Shown: positions 28,806 to 37,829 of the stretch, in pieces
How positions within the stretch are numbered: position 1 is the first letter of the stretch
Layout: every line of letters begins with the position of its first letter
NCBI GenBank assembly: GCA_001798165.1
Contig: MGRL01000007.1
Span: 455-64,454, forward strand
DNA length: 64,000 bases
From: Deltaproteobacteria bacterium RIFCSPHIGHO2_02_FULL_43_33
GTDB lineage: Bacteria > Desulfobacterota > GWC2-55-46 > UBA9637
Direction of reading: 5' to 3'
Translations under genes and position numbers: made by a program
The notes under the pieces: model-generated
Databases searched by the model: none
What the model saw: the letters and a program-made list of their open reading frames with translations, nothing else
What the model was told of the DNA's origin: nothing

Positions 28806-29444
28806 ATGAAGAATTTAGAATTCAGAACTCAGAATTCAGAAGCCATAAGCCAGAAGTCAGGAGTCAGGAGTCAGGTAGAAATGGCTATAGGCTGTAGGCT
28901 ATGGGCTATGGGTTTTACCCATTGCCTCCTCTTGCCTCTCGCCTCTTGCCTCTTGCTTCTTGCCGGTTGTCAGCAAGGCAATACGCCGCCTCAGCCTCAA
29001 CAAGCCCCTCCTGCTCAGGTAAAAAAAGAGCCGCTTCAGCAGGAAGCTGCGCCTCCTTCTGCTGAAGTAAAGGAGGAGAAGAAGGATGCTGTTGTTGAGA
29101 CAAGAAGGAGAAATCCTTTTAAATCATTTATTGTTAAAGCAACAGAACGTGCAGCGGTAATTGTGCCAAAAACGCCCTTGCAGAAATATGAAGTAGAACA
29201 GCTTAAGCTTGTGGCAATCATCTGGGGAATAAACAGTCCTATAGCTATGGTGGAGGCGCCAGACGGTAAGGGATATAAACTAAAAAAAGGCGACCTTATC
29301 GGAAACAGAGATGGAAAGGTAAAGCGAATTGAAAAAGACAGGGTGGTGGTAGAGGAGCAATCTACGGAAACCAGCGGGGAGATTCGGGTTAGTGAATTTG
29401 AAATAAAACTGCCATTGCCTGCAGGAGAGGAGGAAATACGATGA
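28806..29444 (+). CDS. pilP: Type IV pilus assembly lipoprotein PilP. The N-terminus, including signal peptide and lipobox LLAGC, is encoded by heptamer arrays. The start may be 28881 or 28908.
   Basis: The lipobox is LLLLAGCQQ. The C-terminal PilP beta-domain reads KLVAIIWGINSPIAMVEAPDGKGYKLKKGDLIG. Confidence 0.7.
   Translation: MKNLEFRTQNSEAISQKSGVRSQVEMAIGCRLWAMGFTHCLLLPLASCLLLLAGCQQGNTPPQPQQAPPAQVKKEPLQQEAAPPSAEVKEEKKDAVVETRRRNPFKSFIVKATERAAVIVPKTPLQKYEVEQLKLVAIIWGINSPIAMVEAPDGKGYKLKKGDLIGNRDGKVKRIEKDRVVVEEQSTETSGEIRVSEFEIKLPLPAGEEEIR
28815..28965 (+). repeat. About 150 bp of consecutive degenerate heptamer arrays (GAATTCA, GGAGTCA, TAGGCTA, TCTTGCC units) covering the pilP 5' end
   Basis: gaattcagaactcagaattcagaagccataagccagaagtcaggagtcaggagtcagg...ggctataggctgtaggctatgggctatggg...ttgcctcctcttgcctctcgcctcttgcctcttgcttcttgcc. 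Confidence 0.8.
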
Positions 29445-32224
29445 AAAAGATAATTACGAATTACGATTTACGAATTACGAATTTAAAATCTAAAATCGTA
29501 AATCGTAAATCTCAAATCAGTTTAATGCTTTCTGCTTTCTGCATACTGCTTACTGTCTTTTACGGCTGTGCAGTCCCAAAGCAAGAGATGAAAGGCGAAG
29601 GCGCAAAGGAAAAGGTAGCTATTGAGAAGATTACTGTTGTGGGAGAGGGCAATGAGGTGTTAATAGAGGCTTCTGGACCGATGATATATACTGCCTTCAA
29701 GCTTTCTGACCCAACCAGATTAGTTTTAGATATCCCAAACGTAAATATAGAAAAGGTAAGCGGCGCCAAGGAGATTAATAATAAGTTTATTACCACTATT
29801 ACTTCCGCCAGTTATGGGGAACAGACAATGCTGCCGATTGCCAGGGTGGAGATAGGGCTGAAAGACGACCTCAGCCATGAGATAAAATTAGGAGAAGGCA
29901 GTATTATGGTTAGTTTAAATTATGCAGCCATTCCTAAAAGTGAGGCGCCTATTGCAGGTGAAGCCCCTGCAGCAGATGCAGAAAAGGCGGCTTCTGAAGT
30001 TCCACCAGCAGCAGAAGAAGCTAAAACTGCCATCGCTGAAGTTGAAAAAAAGGAGGCAAAAAAGGCAGATAAATTACTCCGGATAGAAGCGAGGAAGGAG
30101 AGCGGCGTAACAATAATAAATGTTATTGGCAATGGCGTGATAGGCGATTATAATGCCTTTGCCATAGATAAACCGGCAAGGCTGGTTGTGGATATATGGA
30201 ATGTTAAAAGTTCAATTCAGAAGGCAAGTTTGAATATAAATAGCCGCCAGATAAAAAGGGCGCGGGTTGGTGAACATCCTGATAAGGTAAGGCTTGTGTT
30301 TGATTCCAATCAGAAAAAAATGCCTTCTTACACAATAGAAAGGATTGGCGAATCTCTGGTTATAACTGCCGGCAAAGTTAATATTGCAAAAGCTGAGATA
30401 GCGCCAGCTCCTCCTGTTGCCGCAGAGGCTGCCCCTTCTGAGCCTCCTCAACAGGTAGCAGAATTAAAGAAGGCAGAATATGCAGAGGTAAAAACAATTG
30501 ATTTTAAGCAATTATCAGATAAGGCAAGGCTTATTGTTGCTGCATCTAAGAAGGTAGAGTATAAGCTGTCTAAGTCAGCAGATGAAACCAACCTTGTATT
30601 GGATATCAAGGACGCTGTTATAGCTGATGAATTCAAGAGAACATTGGATGCCTCTGACCTGAATACCCCTGTGTCCACAATAAGCTCATTTCAGGTTCCT
30701 GTTAAATCGGCAAAGGATGTTCGTATTATCGTGAAGTTGAAAGAAAAGGCTGAATATGCTATTTCACAGGAAGAAGAAAAGATACAGATAGATTTTCCGC
30801 TTCTTGCGGTAGCAAAGACAGTTCCAAAAGAGGCGGAGATAAAGAGTCAGGAGTCAGGAGCCAGGAGTCAGGAGTCAAAAGAAGTAAAACCAACTGAAGA
30901 AGTTATTCAGAAAGAAGCGGAAGCCTATACAGGCCGCAAGATTTCCTTGGATTTCAAAGATGCTGATATAAGCAATATCTTAAGATTAATGGCAGAGATC
31001 AGTAATCTGAATATTATTGCAGGCGAGGATGTAAAGGGGAAGGTGTCGTTAAGATTAGTTGATGTTCCATGGGACCAGGCGTTTGACATTATATTGAAAA
31101 CAAACGGATTGGGTAAGGTGCAGGAAGGCAATGTGGTGAGAATTATGCCTCTTGCAAAGATAAAGCAAGAGAATGAGGAAGTCCTTGCATCAAGAAAGGC
31201 AAAGGAAAAATTGGAAGACCTTGAAATAAAATTATTTCCTGTGAGTTATGCAAAGGCAAGCGAGTTGGAACCGCAGGTTAAAGGTTTGCTGAGCGACAGA
31301 GGAACCGTTACAATTGAGAGCAGAACAAATACCCTTATTATTAAAGATATTCCTGCCAATATACAAAAGGCAGTTGATTTAATAACTCAGCTGGATACAC
31401 AGACGCCGCAGGTATTGATAGAGGCAAGAATTGTGGAGGCGCAAAGCAACTTTGCAAGAGACCTTGGAGTGCAATGGGGTGTAGCCCACGCTACGAGACG
31501 TAAAACACCAGAGGGAGATAGGTATATTAGCGAATTCGGCAGTACCAGTACTGCTCCGCCAAACACATTGAACCCCAGCGGTTTTGTTGGTTCAGGCGGG
31601 CAATTTTCTTCACAGCCTAATTATGCTGTAAGCCTTCCTGCCTCAGGTTCTGCCGGGCCATTGGGGGCATTGGGGTTTTCGTTTGGGAAGCTGACAGGCG
31701 ACCCATTGCTTTTAGACCTTCGCATATCTGCCGGCGAGAAGAATGGCTTGACAAAAACAATATCAAGGCCGAGGATTACCACCCTGGACAATAAAGAGGC
31801 TAAAATATCGCAGGGTGATTCTGTGCCGTTTGAAACAACATCTTCTTCCGGAACCCAGACGCAGTTTATTGATGCAACGCTTGAATTAACTGTCACACCA
31901 CACATAACTCCGGACGGCAGTATCAGTATGAAGATTAAGGCCAGCAGAAATTCCATTGGTTCTTTCAGGAGCGCTGCTGGAACGCCAAGTATAAGCAAAA
32001 AAGAGGCATCTACAGAGATAATTGTGAAAGATGGAGAAACCGCAGTTATCGGCGGCATTGTGATAGAGGATAAGAGCGATGCAACCAGCGGGATACCATT
32101 TTTTAAAGATATTCCCATCATAGGTTGGCTCTTTAAAAATAAATCAGTATCTAATTCTCAGACCGAGCTATTAATATTTATTACACCTAATATTGTGAAG
32201 GGCAAGGTGGAGATATCAAGTTAA
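29441..32224 (+). CDS. pilQ: Type IV pilus secretin PilQ (AMIN domains, N-domains and a secretin domain)
   Basis: AMIN domains follow a lipoprotein-like signal (LLTVFYGCA). The C-terminus is the secretin ...TELLIFITPNIV. The ATGA at 29441 overlaps the pilP stop. The first 28 aa are encoded by heptamer arrays (ATTACGA, TAAATCG) and the start could instead be 29525. An internal KSQESGARSQESKE is a heptamer insert. Confidence 0.9.
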   Translation: MKKIITNYDLRITNLKSKIVNRKSQISLMLSAFCILLTVFYGCAVPKQEMKGEGAKEKVAIEKITVVGEGNEVLIEASGPMIYTAFKLSDPTRLVLDIPNVNIEKVSGAKEINNKFITTITSASYGEQTMLPIARVEIGLKDDLSHEIKLGEGSIMVSLNYAAIPKSEAPIAGEAPAADAEKAASEVPPAAEEAKTAIAEVEKKEAKKADKLLRIEARKESGVTIINVIGNGVIGDYNAFAIDKPARLVVDIWNVKSSIQKASLNINSRQIKRARVGEHPDKVRLVFDSNQKKMPSYTIERIGESLVITAGKVNIAKAEIAPAPPVAAEAAPSEPPQQVAELKKAEYAEVKTIDFKQLSDKARLIVAASKKVEYKLSKSADETNLVLDIKDAVIADEFKRTLDASDLNTPVSTISSFQVPVKSAKDVRIIVKLKEKAEYAISQEEEKIQIDFPLLAVAKTVPKEAEIKSQESGARSQESKEVKPTEEVIQKEAEAYTGRKISLDFKDADISNILRLMAEISNLNIIAGEDVKGKVSLRLVDVPWDQAFDIILKTNGLGKVQEGNVVRIMPLAKIKQENEEVLASRKAKEKLEDLEIKLFPVSYAKASELEPQVKGLLSDRGTVTIESRTNTLIIKDIPANIQKAVDLITQLDTQTPQVLIEARIVEAQSNFARDLGVQWGVAHATRRKTPEGDRYISEFGSTSTAPPNTLNPSGFVGSGGQFSSQPNYAVSLPASGSAGPLGALGFSFGKLTGDPLLLDLRISAGEKNGLTKTISRPRITTLDNKEAKISQGDSVPFETTSSSGTQTQFIDATLELTVTPHITPDGSISMKIKASRNSIGSFRSAAGTPSISKKEASTEIIVKDGETAVIGGIVIEDKSDATSGIPFFKDIPIIGWLFKNKSVSNSQTELLIFITPNIVKGKVEISS

Positions 32225-32246
32225 TTTGTAGTATGAATACTGGTTG

Positions 32247-32277
32247 CAAATGCACCCCAAGGGGTGCATTTTTTTTG
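32247..32277 (+). terminator. Rho-independent terminator after pilQ, formed by aaatgcacccc-aa-ggggtgcattt followed by TTTTTTT
   Basis: 11-bp stem, GC-rich, followed by a T8 run. Confidence 0.8.
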
Positions 32278-32311
32278 AAGGTATGATACGTATAATATTA
32301 AAGGAGATGAT

Positions 32312-33562
32312 ATGTTGAGGTATTTGACATCAGGTGAATCGCATGGTAAGTGCCTTACAAGCATCATAGAAGGGGTGCCTGCGAATTTATACCTTAGCGA
32401 AAAAAATATAAATGAAGATTTGGCCCGCAGGCAAGTTGGTTATGGCCGCGGGGGGAGGATGTCAATTGAGAGGGATGAGGTGGAGATTACCTCGGGGCTG
32501 CGTTTTGGCAAGACCCTTGGTTCGCCCATTACGATGGTGATTAAGAACAGGGATTGGGAGAATTGGCAGGAAGTAATGCGTTCCGAGTTGCAAGTTCCGA
32601 GTTCCGAGTTTGGAACACGAAACACGCAACACGAAACACGGAACATGCCTGTAACCAGACCAAGACCAGGCCATGCTGATTTGGCAGGGACGTTAAAGTA
32701 TGGATATTACGACATACGAAATATCCTTGAGCGCTCAAGCGCAAGAGAAACTGCCGCGAGAGTAGCTGTTGGCGCTGTATGTAAGAGATTTCTTGATGAA
32801 TTTGGAATTAAGGTGATGAGTTGGGTGATTGGGATTGGGGAAGTCAGGTTGATTTCGGATTTCGGATTTGGGATTTCGGATTTAAAAACTATTTTTGAAA
32901 AGGCAGAGGCATCGGATGTTAGGTGCCCTGATAAAAAGATTTCAGAGAAGATGCGAAAAGCAATAGACATGGCAAGAAAAAACGGTGATAGTGTTGGTGG
33001 CATCTTTGAGGTTACTGTAGCAGGCATTCCGCCTGGGTTAGGCAGCCATGTCCAGTGGGATAGAAAGCTTGATGGCAATCTTGCAGGGGCGCTGATGAGC
33101 ATTCAGGCGATTAAGGGGGTTGAGGTGGGGGTAGGGTTTGAAGCGGCCGGTAGGTTTGGTTCAGAAGTGCATGATGAAATATTCTATAAAACGAGGCAAG
33201 AGGCAAGGGGCAAGGGGCAAGAAAACTGGCCGGTGGTACCGAGGTTCTATAGGAAGATAAATAATGCCGGAGGTATTGAAGGCGGCATGAGTAATGGCGA
33301 ACCAATTGTATTAAGGGCTGCCATGAAGCCTATCCCAACGCTTTACAAGCCACTAAGGTCAATAGATATTAAAACTAAAAAACCGTTTCAGGCAACTGTA
33401 GAAAGGTCTGACATATGCGCTGTACCTGCTGCTTCAGTGGTTGGCGAGGCAGTGGTTGCCTTTGAGATAGCCAATGTCTTTATAGAGAAGTTTGGCGGTG
33501 ACTCTATTAGCGAGATAAAGAGGAACTATCGGGGGTATTTGGAGTATTTGAGGAGGTTTTAA
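32312..33562 (+). CDS. aroC: Chorismate synthase
   Basis: Matches GESHG, PRPGHAD and [13 protein letters not shown]. Three in-frame heptamer-array insertions lie at 32581-32647, 32851-32883 and 33194-33222, which makes it 416 aa against about 360 typical. Confidence 0.9.
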   Translation: MLRYLTSGESHGKCLTSIIEGVPANLYLSEKNINEDLARRQVGYGRGGRMSIERDEVEITSGLRFGKTLGSPITMVIKNRDWENWQEVMRSELQVPSSEFGTRNTQHETRNMPVTRPRPGHADLAGTLKYGYYDIRNILERSSARETAARVAVGAVCKRFLDEFGIKVMSWVIGIGEVRLISDFGFGISDLKTIFEKAEASDVRCPDKKISEKMRKAIDMARKNGDSVGGIFEVTVAGIPPGLGSHVQWDRKLDGNLAGALMSIQAIKGVEVGVGFEAAGRFGSEVHDEIFYKTRQEARGKGQENWPVVPRFYRKINNAGGIEGGMSNGEPIVLRAAMKPIPTLYKPLRSIDIKTKKPFQATVERSDICAVPAASVVGEAVVAFEIANVFIEKFGGDSISEIKRNYRGYLEYLRRF

Positions 33563-33566
33563 TCAA

Positions 33567-33626
33567 GGCTATGGGCTATAGGCTATAGGAAGAACCTATT
33601 GCCCATTGCCTCTTGCCCATTGCCTG
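33567..33626. repeat. Inverted heptamer arrays, (GGCTATA)n then (TTGCCCA)n, between aroC and aroK
   Basis: ggctatgggctataggctataggaagaacctattgcccattgcctcttgcccattgcc. Confidence 0.7.
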
Positions 33627-33633
33627 TAGTTCT

Positions 33634-34134
33634 ATGAAAAACATCATCCTTACAGGCTTTATGGGGACCGGCAAGTCATCTGTTGGAAGACGCCTTGCGA
33701 GAGAATTAAATCTTAAATTTATAGATACCGATGATTTAATAGAAAAAGAGGCAGGGATACCTATAGCTCAAATTTTTAGTCAGTTTGGTGAGGCTTATTT
33801 TAGAAGGTTGGAATCGAAGGTGGTAAATAAGATATCTTCGGATACGGATGTTGTAATTAGTACAGGCGGCGGCGCTATTGTCAATCCTGAAAATCTTGAG
33901 GCATTGAAGAAAAGCGGGATTGTAATATGTCTTACTGCCTCAATTGATGCTATCCTTATAAGGATAGGCGAGGGAGATGAAAGACCGCTTGTCTCTCAGG
34001 GTGACAAGAGAGAGGTTATATCCAATCTGTTGCAGGTAAGAGAGCCCTTTTACAAAAAGGCAGATTTTATTATTGATACAACTACAAAGACTGTTGGCGA
34101 GGTAGTAAAGGAGATAAAGAAGATAGTGAGTTGA
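33634..34134 (+). CDS. aroK: Shikimate kinase
   Basis: MKNIILTGFMGTGKSSVGRRLA includes a P-loop. The six-frame ORF from 33613 adds 7 aa from a heptamer array. Confidence 0.9.
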   Translation: MKNIILTGFMGTGKSSVGRRLARELNLKFIDTDDLIEKEAGIPIAQIFSQFGEAYFRRLESKVVNKISSDTDVVISTGGGAIVNPENLEALKKSGIVICLTASIDAILIRIGEGDERPLVSQGDKREVISNLLQVREPFYKKADFIIDTTTKTVGEVVKEIKKIVS

Positions 34135-34195
34135 TATGGTAGTCTGCCGATTTATCGGCGCTTTTAAAAGACGCCCATAAATGGGCATACTACAT

Positions 34196-35290
34196 ATGGA
34201 ACACATTATTGTAAATCTCGGAGAGCGGAGCTATCCAATATATATTGGAAGCAATAATCTTGATACACTTGGAGATTTAATAAAGGCGCAAGGGCTTAAA
34301 GGCCAGGCAGTATGTATAACAAATCCAACAGTTGGCAGGCTTTATGGCGATAGAGCGCTTTCCAGCCTTAAAAATGCAGGTTTTGAGACCTACCGGATAG
34401 ATATCCCTGACGGCGAAGAGTATAAAAGCCTTGAGTGGCTGTCGCATCTATATGATAAGCTTATAGAATATAAGATGGAAAGGCAAAACCCTATTGTTGC
34501 CCTTGGCGGCGGGGTTATCGGTGATATCGCCGGATTTGCAGCCGCAACATACTTGAGAGGGGTTCCTTATATCCATATTCCAACAACCCTTTTAGCGCAG
34601 GTTGACAGTTCTATCGGCGGCAAGACAGCAGTAAATCATGAAAAGGGGAAAAATCTTATAGGCGCATTTTACCAGCCGAAAATGGTGCTTATAGATGTGG
34701 AGGTTCTTAAAACCCTTGGAGAAAGGGATATAAAAGCAGGCTTGGCTGAGGTGGTTAAATATGGTATTATCAGGGACAATAACCTTTTTTCATTTTTAGA
34801 GCACAATTATCAAGATATCCTGAGGCTCGGAAATGGGTTGCTTCATGCTATAAAAATGTCTTGTAAGATAAAGGCCTCTATTGTTGAAGAAGACGAAACA
34901 GAAGCAGGTGTGCGGTCAATACTTAATTTTGGGCATACATTTGGCCATGCTATAGAGGCTGTAACTCATTATAAAGAATTAAGGCATGGAGAGGCGGTTG
35001 CGATTGGCATGGCAGCGGCGGCAAGATTGTCTCTTAAACTTGGTCTGTGCAGGAAAGATGTTGTGGAGAGGATAGAGACGTTAATAGCAAAGATTGGCCT
35101 TCCGGTAAAGCTGTCAGCTATCAGCAGCTATCAGCCGTTGGCCGGCGAGCTTTTGAAGGCTATGGAGATAGATAAGAAGGTGGTTGGCGGAAAGATAAAA
35201 TTTGTAGTGGTGAAAGATATCGGTGATGTGGTCTTGCAGCAGGTAAACACCGAAAAGTTTTCACTTGACTTAAATGCAATTCTAAACTAA
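34196..35290 (+). CDS. aroB: 3-dehydroquinate synthase
   Basis: MEHIIVNLGERSYPIYIG aligns to the E. coli AroB N-terminus. A GGGVIGD and metal-site His residues are present. An alternative ATG lies at 34181. Confidence 0.9.
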   Translation: MEHIIVNLGERSYPIYIGSNNLDTLGDLIKAQGLKGQAVCITNPTVGRLYGDRALSSLKNAGFETYRIDIPDGEEYKSLEWLSHLYDKLIEYKMERQNPIVALGGGVIGDIAGFAAATYLRGVPYIHIPTTLLAQVDSSIGGKTAVNHEKGKNLIGAFYQPKMVLIDVEVLKTLGERDIKAGLAEVVKYGIIRDNNLFSFLEHNYQDILRLGNGLLHAIKMSCKIKASIVEEDETEAGVRSILNFGHTFGHAIEAVTHYKELRHGEAVAIGMAAAARLSLKLGLCRKDVVERIETLIAKIGLPVKLSAISSYQPLAGELLKAMEIDKKVVGGKIKFVVVKDIGDVVLQQVNTEKFSLDLNAILN

Positions 35291-35376
35291 ATAAAGACAG
35301 ACACTTTTTAGCATGGTTTTGTTTGCCATAAGCGGCAGTAAAAGTTTAGTGTAATTATCCATGACATGCACTATTA

Positions 35377-35703
35377 ATGTCTAAAGAAAAAGAGATGAAT
35401 AATACTGAAATTTGTGAAGAGGCTATAGAAAAGGATCATAGTGAAGAAGGGTGTCTGCCGGCTGATGATAAATTCTATACGTTGACTATGGCGGAAATTC
35501 TTGAGAGGCAAGGCCTTAAAAAAGACGCTATGAAAATATATCAAGTTTTGTTGAGAAAACCAGGGCAAAACAACCTTGCGATACAACACAGAATAGAAAG
35601 ACTTATGGAAGGGAATAACGGAAAAACTCCTTCTGAAGATTTTAATGAGAGGAAGAAGCACTTTATTAACTGGATAGATAAGCTTCAACATAAGGGTAAT
35701 TAA
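35377..35703 (+). CDS. Hypothetical small alpha-helical protein (108 aa)
   Basis: ORF only. Ends 1 nt before the Roadblock gene. Confidence 0.35.
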   Translation: MSKEKEMNNTEICEEAIEKDHSEEGCLPADDKFYTLTMAEILERQGLKKDAMKIYQVLLRKPGQNNLAIQHRIERLMEGNNGKTPSEDFNERKKHFINWIDKLQHKGN

Positions 35704-36063
35704 ATGGGGTTTTTAGAAATCTTAAAAGAATTGATTGATAATGTAAACGGTGGGATAGCAGGCACAATAATGGCCAAGGATGGCATTGCAATCCAAAATT
35801 ATGTAAAAGGCAATGCTGCTTATGATATTGATACGTTAGGCGTAGAATATGCAAGAATACTTGGGGAGACAAAAAAGGCATCTTCCACCCTTTCTCTGGG
35901 AGAAGTGGAAGAAATGACTGTATCAGCCGCAGGTTTTACGATAGTGATGAGGCTGATAAATCAGGATTATTTTATGGCAATAATCCTTGGCTCAACCGGG
36001 AATATGGGAAAGGCAAGATATTTACTAAAGAAGGCAGTAGCCGGTGCGAGAAAGGAGTTCTAA
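35704..36063 (+). CDS. Roadblock/LC7 (MglB-like) domain protein
   Basis: 119 aa. GIAGTIMAKDGIAIQ...MTVSAAGFTIVMRLINQDYFMAIIL has a Roadblock-like pattern. Confidence 0.5.
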   Translation: MGFLEILKELIDNVNGGIAGTIMAKDGIAIQNYVKGNAAYDIDTLGVEYARILGETKKASSTLSLGEVEEMTVSAAGFTIVMRLINQDYFMAIILGSTGNMGKARYLLKKAVAGARKEF

Positions 36064-36078
36064 ATAGGGAGTCGAGTT

Positions 36079-37143
36079 TTGGAAGTACGATTACACAGTC
36101 TTCAGAAAAGACTGTCTGCATGGAAGATAGATGCCTTACTTATTACCACACTGGAAAACACCCGCTATTTGAGTGGTTTTACAGGGAGCAGTGGGGCCGT
36201 TCTTCTAACCAGGAATAGCGCATTTTTTTTGACTGATTCAAGGTATGCTACACAGGCAAAATATGAGGTGCATGGGTTAAAGATTCGGGTATACAAAAGA
36301 CAGATTGAGGATATTGCATCTTTTATAAAAGGGATCAAGGCTAAGTGTATAGGCTTTGAGGCAAAAGGCATTACTTATGAAACATATCATAAACTAAAAA
36401 AAATATTGCCAGGCAAGAGATTAATTCCTGCCCCTGAAGATATTAATGCAATAAGATGCAATAAAGACAAAGACGAAATAAGCAAAATAAAAAAGGCAGC
36501 TTATCTTGCATCAGTTGGTTTTAGCGCTGCAATGGATTGTATATCTCCAGGCATTTCAGAATCCGAAGTAGCCCTTCGCATAGAAATGGCAATGAAAAGA
36601 AAGGGCGCTGAAGGCCTTTCTTTTGATATAATTGTTGCCTCTGGCGTAAGGGCAGCCCTTCCGCATGGTAAGGCCTCTCAGAAAAAGCTAAGAAGATCGG
36701 AGCTGATAATTGTAGACCTTGGCGCAAGGTTTAAAGGTTATAGTTCGGATGAGACATGTACATTTATTGTAGGTCAGCCGGATAAAAAACAAAAAAATAT
36801 TTATCATGCAGTAAAAGATGCCCATGATTTGGCAATAGAGGCTGTAAGGCCTGGGGTGAAGGCATCATATATAGATTCTGTGGCAAGAAGTTTTATTAAG
36901 GCTGCGGGATATGGTAAATATTTTGGTCATGGCACTGGTCATGGTGTTGGGCTTGCAGTCCATGAGTGGCCTAACATATCTCCTTATAATAATGCCACGA
37001 TAGAAGAGGGGATGGTATTTACCATAGAGCCTGGGATTTATATACCAGGATGGGGTGGAGTGAGGATTGAAGATATGGTTTTGGTTACGCGTGATGGTTG
37101 CGAGGTTTTAACAAGGATGTCTAAGGAGATGACAGCCTTATAA
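36079..37143 (+). CDS. M24-family Xaa-Pro aminopeptidase
   Basis: A creatinase N-domain is followed by the metal ligands HGTGHGVGLAVHEWP and EPGIY. Confidence 0.8.
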   Translation: MEVRLHSLQKRLSAWKIDALLITTLENTRYLSGFTGSSGAVLLTRNSAFFLTDSRYATQAKYEVHGLKIRVYKRQIEDIASFIKGIKAKCIGFEAKGITYETYHKLKKILPGKRLIPAPEDINAIRCNKDKDEISKIKKAAYLASVGFSAAMDCISPGISESEVALRIEMAMKRKGAEGLSFDIIVASGVRAALPHGKASQKKLRRSELIIVDLGARFKGYSSDETCTFIVGQPDKKQKNIYHAVKDAHDLAIEAVRPGVKASYIDSVARSFIKAAGYGKYFGHGTGHGVGLAVHEWPNISPYNNATIEEGMVFTIEPGIYIPGWGGVRIEDMVLVTRDGCEVLTRMSKEMTAL

Positions 37144-37215
37144 TTAAGAATTAGGAATTGCGAATTAGGAATTAAAAAATTGTAATTCGTAATTAGTAAT
37201 TCGTAATTGTTTTTT
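37141..37215. repeat. Inverted heptamer arrays, (GAATTAG)n then aaaaaa then (TAATTCG)n, followed by a T-run. Terminator-like.
   Basis: gaattaggaattgcgaattaggaattaaaaaattgtaattcgtaattagtaattcgtaattgtttttt. Confidence 0.7.
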
Positions 37216-37227
37216 CAGGAGGTTAAA

Positions 37228-37701
37228 ATGGATTTTAAAGAAATTGAGGATATTATAAAATTTCTCAGTAATACGGATATTGTTGAGTTTGAGATTGAGA
37301 GGCCGAATAGCAAGCTCAAACTGAAACGGGGTATCGTTTCTTCTGATATTTCTATAGTAAGACCAACTGCCGTTGCTGCCCCGGGTTTTACGACACCGTC
37401 GTTTCAGTCTAAAACAGAAGAGCAAAAGACGGAAGCAAAGGAGATTGTTAAATCTGATAAGGAAAAGCAGATTACATCTCCCATGGTTGGTACATTTTAC
37501 AGGGCGCCCTCTCCTGACAGTAAACCGTTTGCAGAGGTTGGGGATGTAGTAAAAAAAGGACAGATAGTATGTATTGTAGAGGCTATGAAACTTATGAATG
37601 AGATAGAATCTGATCACAGCGGAAAGATTATCTCTATATTGATAGAAAATGGGCAGCCTGTAGAATATGGCGAGCCTTTATTTGTTATAGAAACGGCATA
37701 A
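37228..37701 (+). CDS. accB: Biotin carboxyl carrier protein of acetyl-CoA carboxylase
   Basis: The biotinyl motif is [16 protein letters not shown] lies 5 nt upstream of ATG 37228. Confidence 0.9.
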   Translation: MDFKEIEDIIKFLSNTDIVEFEIERPNSKLKLKRGIVSSDISIVRPTAVAAPGFTTPSFQSKTEEQKTEAKEIVKSDKEKQITSPMVGTFYRAPSPDSKPFAEVGDVVKKGQIVCIVEAMKLMNEIESDHSGKIISILIENGQPVEYGEPLFVIETA

Positions 37702-37704
37702 AGG

Positions 37705-37822
37705 CAGGCTATAGGCAAGAGGCGATAGGCAATAGGAGGTTGGAGGTTAGAGGGTAGAGGCAAAAACCTCAAACCTCATACCTCCAACATTTTAAAATAG
37801 CCCATAGCCCATCGCCTTTTTT
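37705..37822. repeat. Nested inverted heptamer arrays between accB and accC that form a roughly 110-bp imperfect palindrome followed by a T-run
   Basis: ggctataggcaagaggcgataggcaataggaggttggaggttagagggtagaggc then aaaaa then cctcaaacctcatacctccaac...atagcccatagcccatcgcc then ttttttaaaa. Confidence 0.75.
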
Positions 37823-37829
37823 AAAATCT

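Noticed and set aside
28815-28965. Possible CRISPR array, given the many short direct repeats here and elsewhere
   Set aside because: The repeat units are only 7 nt long and directly abut one another with no spacers. There are no cas genes. A CRISPR array requires repeats of about 24 to 48 nt separated by unique spacers.
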